Positions 54,750 through 64,000 of a DNA stretch of 64,000 nt are shown piece by piece. Position 1 is the first letter of the stretch, and each line of letters starts with the position of its first letter. The notes beneath the pieces are model-generated. The model was not told the origin of the DNA, made no database searches, and worked only from the letters and a program-made list of their open reading frames with translations. The DNA is from Lama glama (taxonomy: Eukaryota), in NCBI GenBank assembly GCA_028534125.1, contig CM052817.1, forward strand, positions 97,342,001-97,406,000, written 5' to 3'. The translations under genes and the position numbers were made by a program.

Positions 54750-55648
54750 TTTAATTTTTTTTAATTTTTAAAATTGTAGTAGAGTCAGTTCACAGTGTTG
54801 TGTCCATCTGCAGTGTACAGCATAATGTGTTAGTCATACATATACAAATATATATGTTTTCATATTCTTTTTCATTATAGGAGACTATGAGATAGTGAAT
54901 GAATATAGTTCCCTGTGCTATACAGAAGAAACTTGTTGTTTGTCTATTTTATACATAGTAGTTAGTATCTGTGAATCTCGATCTCCCAATTTATCCCTTC
55001 CCACCTCCTTTCCCCTCTGGTAAACTTAAGTTTGGTTTCTAAATCTGAGTCTGTTTCTGTTTTGTAAGTAAGTTCATTTGTCTTTTTTGTTTAGATTCTA
55101 CATATGAATGGTATCATATGGTATTATTTTCTCTTTCTGGAGTATTTCACTTACAGTGAAGATCTCCAGGTTCATCCACATTGCTAAAAATGGCATTATT
55201 TTATTCTTTTTAATGACTGAGTAGTATTCCATTGTAAATGAAATATCAGAAAAGTAAGATAAAGACACAATCCCTTTTAAAATCACATCCCAAAAATTAA
55301 ATACTTAAGAATAAATCTGACCAAGCAAGTGAAAGACTTATATGTGGAGAACTACAAAACATTAAGGAAATTAAAAATGACTTGAAGAAATAGAAAGATA
55401 TCCCACATTCTTAGACTGGAAAAATTAATATTGTTAAAATGGCCATACTGCTCAAAGCAGTCTACAGACTTAATGGAATTCCTATAAAATTACCCAGGAC
55501 ATTTTTCACAGAACTAGAACAAATAATTCTAAAACTTACATGTAATCACAAAAGACCCAGAATTGCCAAAGCAATACTGAAGAAGAAGAATGAAGCTGGA
55601 GGAATAACCCTACCGGACTTCAGACAACACTACAGAGCTACAGTCATC
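54750..55648 (-). mobile_element. L1 3' end (minus) joined to an inverted ORF2 fragment (plus)
   Basis: 54750-55238 is the minus-strand 3' end. 55239-55648 is plus-strand ORF2 ([70 protein letters not shown]). Confidence 0.9.
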
Positions 55649-56797
55649 TCCATCTCCTTTCTATTCATCCTCTCTCATACACACTTCTCCCCACACACAG
55701 CTACACAGCTTAGCCAGAGAGCAGCATGCACAGCCACGCGTTAGTGGCAAAACCTTTTCACATCCCTGGCCCCTAAAGCCTCTTCCCTCTTGTGAGTGGA
55801 TTTTGGTCTTGGCTAATGTCCTTTCTTGCCTCAATCCCATGCCCCTGCTTGTCCTTTTCCAGAGGCAACAGTGGGGCCCATCAACCATGGGTACTTATTT
55901 CAACACTGGCTTCCTGCCAGGGCTCTGCCCCTTGCAGCCAGGGCTGTACCTGCTGTAGAAAGGGCTGGAGTGATGAGCAAAGAGGTGGCAGCAGCTGCAG
56001 GGGCATGCAGTGTTCATGCCTGGAGCAATGTAAGCCCACATAGGACAGTGGGAAGAAGGCGCTGCAGATGGAAGGTTCTATTTCCCACTGTAGGAAGAGG
56101 GGAGGTGACATTAAATGAAGAAGAGTCAGCATGGGGAGGAAGACATACCTAAGGGAAAGAGAAGCATTTTCATCGCACAAAATACACCTGCTCCCCACCT
56201 GCAACCTCTACACATTCTCCTTCTCTCAGGCTGGACACATATTGTATCCAAAGGGAGAAAGATACAAAGCCAAAGCCAAGCCTTGGAAGTAGATCCTAGC
56301 ATCTTCCTTTGTCATCTTCTGCCACAAAATCAGAAACAATGACCTATTTTGGACAATTTAAAGAAATACACAGACACTCCTATTTGACTGTATTTTCAAA
56401 AGTTCACTCATCATATACAAATGAGATACATATATTCTCCAAAACTGGTCAACAGATGTAGATCTAATTCTGTCCTCTGGCATTCATAAGGTTTCTCAAC
56501 AGGTGCAAAGGGGAAAAAAAAACAATAGCAAAAGTTACATTTAGAAGTCTTCGGAATTTTCTTCTTATGAGAAAAAAGATGGGTTAAAGAACACAAAAGA
56601 TGTCAAAAAAGATTGTCCCAAACATGGAAAGAATCAGTTAAATAATGGTTTAAAGTCCTGCCAGCCGACTATACGCGTCAACATAAGGGGGCAGCACCAA
56701 GGTGATAGCATCTTTCAAGTGGAAATATTAACATTCAAGGTCCAAAGTAACTCTATTCATTCAAAAAGTAAATACATGACAATCAGAAAACATTTAT

Positions 56798-57073
56798 GTG
56801 TTAGCCACTATATATAAAAACAGATTTTTTAACAAGTTTATTTTGCATAACACAGAATTATGCTCAATATCTTGTAATAACCTTTAAAAAATATGAAAGT
56901 GAATATACTTATGTATATGCATGACTGGGACAAGATAAAGGACATTGTGCTACACACCAGAAACTGACACACTGTAATTGATTGTAGAAGGAAAGAAAAG
57001 AGAAGAGAAGAAAAGAAAAGAGAAGAGAAGAAAATAAAAGAGAAGAAAAGGAAAGAAAAGGAAAGGAAAGGAA
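56798..57073 (+). mobile_element. L1 3' tail with purine pentamer tail and 13-bp TSD
   Basis: TSD agaaaacatttat at 56785-56797 and 57074-57086. The tail 56986-57073 is made of GAAAA/GAGAA/GAAAG units. Confidence 0.9.
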
Positions 57074-57293
57074 AGAAAACATTTATATACCAAAGGTATG
57101 TTCAGGATGAATGTTACATAAACAACATAGTTATAAGATTTCTAAGTGATAGTTTAAACCTAAGTTTTCTTTCACACTTAAGCAAAGATGCTATGAATCA
57201 GAGAGATACTTTGATTTTTAGAAACGAAAGTAGTAGGTTCCTAGTAAAAGAGGAGCAGTGATGCTACAAAGCAGGCTATAATAATAACTGGAC

Positions 57294-57432
57294 ATTAGGT
57301 ATATAATATCTCAAAGTTAGATACAGGAATCCCTCTATCTCAGACAGAGTAGTATCTCCATGTTAGGTGCAGTAATATCACTGTTAGATATGTTAGATAA
57401 CATCTCTATAGTAGATACAGCAATATCTATAT
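57294..57432. repeat. Degenerate minisatellite, about 6 x 23 bp
   Basis: Units start at 57294, 57316, 57339, 57362, 57383 and 57410; consensus about GTTAGATACAGTAATATCTCTAT. Confidence 0.7.
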
Positions 57433-57669
57433 ATTCTGATATTCCACATTCAGGAGAAAAAAGAGTGGGAAAAAATGAAATATGACATTTTGTGAGGACA
57501 TCTGTCCTTGTCACATATAAAATACCATGTTTTATTACTAAGTAATAAGTTCAACTGTCAGTGCTCTCCTGGGGTTCATCCATTCTTCCTCGTAGCTCCA
57601 TTTCACGAGGCTGGAGAGCTGGGGTGAGAATATCTGCTTTGCACATTAGTTTTTTTTTTTTTTTTAAAA

Positions 57670-58070
57670 AAAAAACCTGAAAGCTTGATGATTTATAAGA
57701 ATATCAGAAGAAAATTTAGGAGAATTGTTCTATGAACCTGGGGTTGGAAAAGACTTCCTAAATCTGTCACCTAAAACCGGAAATCATAAAGGTTGGCAGC
57801 TATGACACTTTAGGGAAAAAAAAACACTTTAAAAATATCGACAATTTACAAACTTGAAAATACTATAAGTGCAATGTATCATAATACATTAAATTCCAAG
57901 CTCTTTCAAATCAGATTGAATAAGAAATCCAAAAGTTTAAAAAAAAACTATAAAAAGAAATAAATGTGATAATAATTATACATATCTGTGAACATACTAA
58001 AACCATTGAATTGTATACTTTAAATAGACAAATTCATGACATGAAGATTAGACCTCAACAAAACTCTGCA
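57670..58070 (+). mobile_element. Old L1M fragments
   Basis: gaagaaaatttaggagaa...aacctggggttggaaaagacttcctaa and tgtgaacatactaaaaccattgaattgtatactttaaa. Confidence 0.65.
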
Positions 58071-59837
58071 GAAATTAAGAAAAAGAGGGAGGGAGGGAGG
58101 AGAGAAGAAAAGAGAAAATGAAGGAAGGAAAGAAGAACAATGTTCAATAAATCTATGCAAATAGATAACCATAGCAAGAAAAAAACTGCAAACAAAAACA
58201 ACCACTTTTTGCCCCATGTAAGATAACAATATTTATAATGCCTACTGCCACTGGTAAAACCAAATTAATTCATCTTTTAGGAGGCCATTTTTTTCCTAAT
58301 GTTTTAATATTTAAACCATTATAACCTTTGAGGCAGAATTCCACTGGAAATGTTTTTTTTCTTAACACTTAGGTGATATCTATACGGATACACATACCTT
58401 CCCACTTACCAAGTTTGGAAGAATATACACAAATATTTGTTAGCAGTAGCTATTGCTGAGAAGTTTGTTTGCTTTTTTGATTTGTGTCAAAATGTCCTGT
58501 ATTAAAACAGCTAGCAGGCTGTCCTTAGTACGCTTCATGTCTGCGGCATTTTATCTTAATCAAAACACCACCTATCCATAGCAAGATGAGGGTAACGTTG
58601 CCATCTGACTCTAAAGCTTCGCTGTTCACCCTGGGCTGCCAGTGTCTCCAAGGGCACGCGGTGCAGTGGGAGGGCAGAGAGCGCCGTGGGATACAGTGTT
58701 AGGTCTTGGAACATCAATTTATTCCATTCTGGAGAAAGTTTTCATTCTTTTCCAAAGGGTTGATCTTTTTTGTATGTGGGGGTTTTGTTGTTGTTTTTAG
58801 AGGTTTGTATTTTGTTTTTGTTTTGTCTTGCCTATTTTTTATTTTTTGGACATGAGTAGAAGTAAAATCTACAGAAACTCACTTTTCTATATATACTTAA
58901 TTTTGAGTATTTTTCATAAAAAATAAACCTCAGGGTCCGTATACAGAGAGTATCCACTCTATACATATATAGAGAGAGCATATCAACTGATGATACAAAA
59001 GCGGCATTCTGTATCATCAGTGGATACCCAGTACCTAGTCTCCCAGCTTAGTGAAATAACTGATTTTAAGCTGAATGTACCACTGCTACCCAAAGGACTG
59101 TTCACTCCAATCTCCTCTGCACATGTGATCACGTGACCTAGTGGTGGCCAACGAGATATAACCTGAACTACTTCATGGAACTTCCAGAGAGCCTCCTTAA
59201 AATCTCCATAGTGATGGGAGGATGAAGAGCTGGAAGGATGATGAGAGCCACACGACAGCTCCAGACGGCCACCTCCCAGGTTCTATCACATGAAAGAAAT
59301 TCTATTTAAACCACTATTTTTTTTTTAAATCTACGTAGCTTAACCTAAATCCAGTTGATATAAAATCAGGAAAAGCAAGGCAGTATTAGTGTGAAAGCTG
59401 TTTCAAAGTGAAACAGGTATATTTCTGCTGCAAGAAGAGACACTGTGCCCAGGACCCTGTCTGCGGGACCAGTCCTAGTCACAAGGAAGCAAAAAGTTGG
59501 AATTAGTAATTTCAGGGCTGGTCCTAAGACGCCCATTTTTGAAATTGGCTTTGAAGAACTGCATGAAAAAAAACGTTTGGTTTCCATTTTGGATTGTATA
59601 CTTTAAGAATCAAAATAATTTTAAATTTATTTTCAGCTGAGAATAGGGTGTGACAATTAGAAACGTAAATTGTCAAGTTGAAACAAGGGAGAACACACAG
59701 AACAATTAGCGTATCTGTAAAAAGTGCCATAATCGACCCTAGTACACAGGCCATACAAGCCTTCAGGAAAATTATGAAGAATACCAGGAACATGGATGGC
59801 TAAAATGAGAGCAGCTTTTTTGCTTTAGAAAAAGCAC

Positions 59838-60165
59838 AAATGATACAAATTCTATTTACAAACCAGACTCACGAACATAGAAAACAAACTATGGTTACTA
59901 TAAAGGGGAAAGTAAGGGGAGAGATAAATAAGAGTTTGGGATTAACAGATACACATTATTATATACAAAACAGATGAACAACAAGGACCTACTGTATAGC
60001 ACAGGGAACTACATTCAATTTCTTGTAATAACATACAATGGAAAAGAATCTGAAAAGAAAAATATATGTGTATGTATATGTATAATTGAATCGCTTTGCT
60101 GTACACATGAAACTAACATTGTAATTCCATTACACTTTAATAAAAAGCAAAATTAAACAAACAAC
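59838..60165 (+). mobile_element. L1 3' end
   Basis: gatacaaattctatttacaaaccagactcac...caacaaggacctactgtatagcacagggaactac...gctgtacacatgaaactaac. Confidence 0.88.
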
Positions 60166-61399
60166 AATGAGAAAAGACCGATCCAAGCCAGCACAGGCCT
60201 ACGGGAGTCTAATGGGTCTATGCTCCAAGACCAGAGGCTGCAGACCTGACAGGACCACCCTGCCCACTGAGGATGTAGATCCATCAACTGTTGAATCAAG
60301 ACCATGGTGGTTTGCATAACGGGAATATTAGTGGTGAGAGGGAGTAAGGACTCATAACTGGGGGACCTCTACAGTGCTAGGTAAGACCCCACCCCACCCT
60401 ACACACACTGGAGGATCTCCGCCAGGCTCTGGGAGGGGAGAGCTACAGCTGAAGAACTGAACGTTCCTCTCTCTGACCCATCAGAATCTACGGCACTTAG
60501 AAGAAACAAACTAAATCTCTCGCATTCCCTAGATTTTAGATTAAGAATCCCATGTGTTGCTTAACCATTAGCATGGTATGAAAACATTTAATTATGTCAA
60601 GAAGTGTTTGTAGTATGTTATGGGAAACAAAGCAGAATTTAAAAAAAAAAAAACCATGTGAAAGTCTGATGTCATATGTATATATTGTTGCTGTTTGAAA
60701 GCACGTAGGAAAAAAGCCTGTGAGGAAATGTATCAAAATGCCAATACCTGCTAGTTTCCTCTTCTTCAGCGGCATGGGAAGAGGGAATAGTTCCTCTTTT
60801 ATCTAGAATGTGGTTATAATACTCTTAAAATGGAAAAAAATTCAAAGTAAACACATGCTATTAGAATATCCTCTCTTTTCAAACCTAATTACATCCATTT
60901 TTGGTTCACCTGGCATTCTGCTCATTATTTTGATGACTGCTACCTTTGCGATATCTCCTGTGGACACACAAGTTACAGTTTAGGGCTTGGTTTATTGGAT
61001 TTTAAGCCGCACACTGTAAAGTAGAAACATTAAGAAGAAAGGACTTTTTATTAAGGTTTTATATGAACTTTCAAACGTATTTAAGAATTAGGATTTGCTA
61101 CTGATAACAAGTCTAGACATAGTTTATCAGTATTTATAAAGAATGTAATTTGGTCTGAAAAGCTTTGGTTTCAGTACTTGTTTAATGTTTATGTTCACTA
61201 CCTTTTCTTTTAACTACTGAAAGGAAAATCAACGCTCTTTCAGACAAGAAATATGTTATATTTCCAAAATTAAGCTAACATTTCAGGCAAAAATAATCAA
61301 TATTTTCACTGACACACTTATAATGCAATGATTTCAGTATATAAAGTGGGAATTCACCTTCTGTTTTTTGTTTTTGGAAAACATCATGGTGGTTCAATG

Positions 61400-61590
61400 C
61401 TTATAAAGACAGAAAACCTGGATTTATATCTTGGATTTCTAAACTTCATGGACCTTATTTTTTTTCCCTATCTGCAGGACTGGGAATAATGTAAGAACTG
61501 GCTTCACTGAGATACTGTGAGGATTAAATACTATATGTATACTACCTGGGCACAAAATGAGCACCATTATATGACTCCACTGTTACTGTT
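61400..61590 (+). mobile_element. MIR
   Basis: acctggatttatatcttgg...ggaataat...tgtgaggattaaat...acctgggcaca. Confidence 0.5.
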
Positions 61591-63245
61591 ATTATTAAGA
61601 ACAGGACTTGCTCTCAAAAAGGAAAGCTTCCCTTCATTGAGAGAACAGCAAAACTACCACGCAACTTGCAAACATCACTTTCTCTTTAGAAATTCAGGTT
61701 GTTTCTTATATTATTAATAACTACCTTAGAATGAAACACACTAAGTTATCAACTTGCTCCTTTTTACTGGATAACAATATTTAATGTCCAATTAATTGAG
61801 AGAAAGAAATATTAAATTGCAAACTAAGCAGGTCCAGTGCTCTAGAAGTTAAGGCATCTGGTATACCAAGTGTTAAGTCAGACAATGTCTTGATAGACTA
61901 ACAATCAAAAATGGGTATCTAAGGGCTAAATGCAATATGATTTTTAAGAGTTTTTTTTTTTAAAGAAAATGTCAATGTTTTTCTTTTTAAATAGTGGCAA
62001 TGATGGAATCTTACCTACACATTTTACTTTGCTCACAGTGTGAAAGCCGTCTCATGACTTATCTAGGATTGGTTTATTCATGACAAAACCAGTTGTCAAA
62101 ACTCTACTGGTTGTAAGAGCTAGGTTAAAATAAAGAAGGAAAACTGTCAGGCTGGAACAGGGTAAGCCTACTGCTGAATGGCAGCCAACTCTGGGTCTTA
62201 GCAAGAAGGAGCAATGGGAGATGATGGTAGATGAAGTGACCCAGAGATACATGTCCCATAGAAAGAAGGCAGCTGCTCTGGACAAGGCAGAATTCAAATC
62301 TAGTAGTGCCAGACAGTCTGATCTCCATCATCCCTCATCCCCACCATGAAGAACCAAAAATAACTCAATTTTAAAGAGTTAGAGACTAATTTAATTTTTA
62401 AAATGTAGAGGCAAAACAAAACACATTGTGGGGCCAAACCAGGCATGGGTGCATTTGTGACCTATGATGTAAGTGCTTCCAATCACCTGAAACGTTTTCA
62501 GTAACATCCCTTTTGGAGTGTTTGAAACAGAAAAATACACATATTTTCTAAATTTAAAAATTGCATTATGGATATGTACCTATCCCTTTTAATATTTATG
62601 CTTATTTTTTAAGGCTAGAAAAGGTACCTACAAACTAGGATAATAACTCAACAGAATCTTTAATCGAAATATCCTCAAACGTCTATTTGCTGCACAGTCA
62701 AAAGCCAAACAGCTTCTTCTGAGCAGAAAACACTGTCATCACAATTTCACAGAGTAGATTTACATGGGAACCTCTGACGCCCGCTTCAAACTTTTCTTAC
62801 TCTGGTTTTACACGTTTTATCATCAGCCTGGGACAAACCGGGTGACTGGAGACAGCCCTACTGACAACCACAGACTTGACGGTGAAGACATCAAGATGAC
62901 AGGAAGTCTCAGACAGTGACAGTGACAGCAGTCAAATGTCAGAGCCCGAGATCTCTGGGGAAGGGTCAGGTTGCCCAGCGTGACCCACAAAGCTCAGAGT
63001 ACTGCAAGGTATTTTACCAAAGGGCCCTGGTGAGTTTTCTACACAGCACAACAGGTCAAACTAGTACTATAAATAACATAGAAGGCACATGCACACGCAT
63101 GCACGCGTACACACACACACACACACTGCTCTGAGTTCCTAGGACAAAGGTGCATGATGGTCAGCACTACATTCCAGAAAAAAACCTATTTCACATTTAT
63201 AAGTAATTATGTGCAAGGTTCTGGGCCATTATAAATACCTGATAA

Positions 63246-63605
63246 TCCCAAACTCCTAATTTATCCCTTCCCCACCCTTTCCCCCTTTGGTAACCATAAG
63301 CTTGTTTTCTATGTCTGTGAGTCTTTCTCTGTTTTGTAAATGAGTTCATTTAAATCATGGTTTTTAAGATTCCACATGTAAGTGTAATCTAAAATTAGGA
63401 GTTTGGCATTAGCAGATACAATAAAATAGATAAACAAGGTCCCACCGCATAGAACAGCGAACTATATTCAGTATCTTGTAATGACCTATAATGAAAAAGA
63501 AAATGAAAAAGAATATATATATAACTGAATCACTATGCTGTACACCAGAAACTAAGGCAACACTGTAAATCAGCTACACTTCAATTAAAAATTATATTTA
63601 AAAGC
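63246..63605 (+). mobile_element. 5'-inverted L1 3' end
   Basis: 63246-63384 is antisense and 63392-63600 is sense. ccaaactcctaattt / aaattaggagtttgg is shared by the two arms. Confidence 0.88.
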
Positions 63606-64000
63606 CAAAAAATTTACTTGAGAAGAATTATTTTAAGAGTTGATGTTTCATCATAGGTTAGACTACATCTCTGAAGGGCTTCAAAGCTCCAAAATCGGCC
63701 TGTGCTTTTTCCCTGAGGGGTTAAACACTCAGGCTTTCCAGAAAATCAGATTTGAACATATAATAGTTCCTAATGGTAGAAATAAGGGGCTGGGCTTTGT
63801 TTTAAATCAGAATTGTGTGACTACAGAAAACAAGTTACTTAAAAAACAAACAAACAAAAACCTCTCTGGTGTTTAAGGATTTTAGCTATTAATGAGTTGA
63901 TCACAAACAAGTTTGCTCCAATAAGCAGTCACTCCAGTCAGGCCTTCCCAGTAGGTATGATCAAAGCTTCCCTGTAGATGGACTAGATTTTACTGTCAAC

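Noticed and set aside
55439..55744. 101-aa ORF with protein-like composition
   Set aside because: A fragment of L1 ORF2 running into flanking sequence, not a host gene.
57294..57432. CRISPR-like regular repeats
   Set aside because: The units are contiguous and degenerate with no unique spacers, and the context is a mammalian intron.

Overview
This is mammalian genomic DNA, most likely camelid (camel/alpaca), judging by its tRNA-derived Vic-1-like SINEs and L1 3' ends. The only host coding sequence I can support is a 140-bp minus-strand exon at 2489-2628. It encodes the first zinc finger and P-box of the mineralocorticoid receptor (NR3C2, exon 3). Bases 1-2488 are therefore the following intron and 2629-64000 are part of the large preceding intron, both transcribed right to left. 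The intronic sequence is dense in retroelements (young L1 3' ends, SINEs, MLT LTRs, L2, MIR) and has a 500-N assembly gap. The most notable observations are: the intact alternative 5' splice site for the MR+4 (KCSW) isoform; a piggyBac (Looper-like) transposase fossil missed by the ORF track, whose frame runs 153 codons with two internal stops; four 5'-inverted (twin-primed) L1 insertions, three of which break at nearly the same L1 position; and a rare E-box/AP-1 composite motif on both sides of the exon. I found no convincing new multi-gene system. Repeat family names come from recalled consensus sequences, not database searches, and boundaries of old repeats are approximate.
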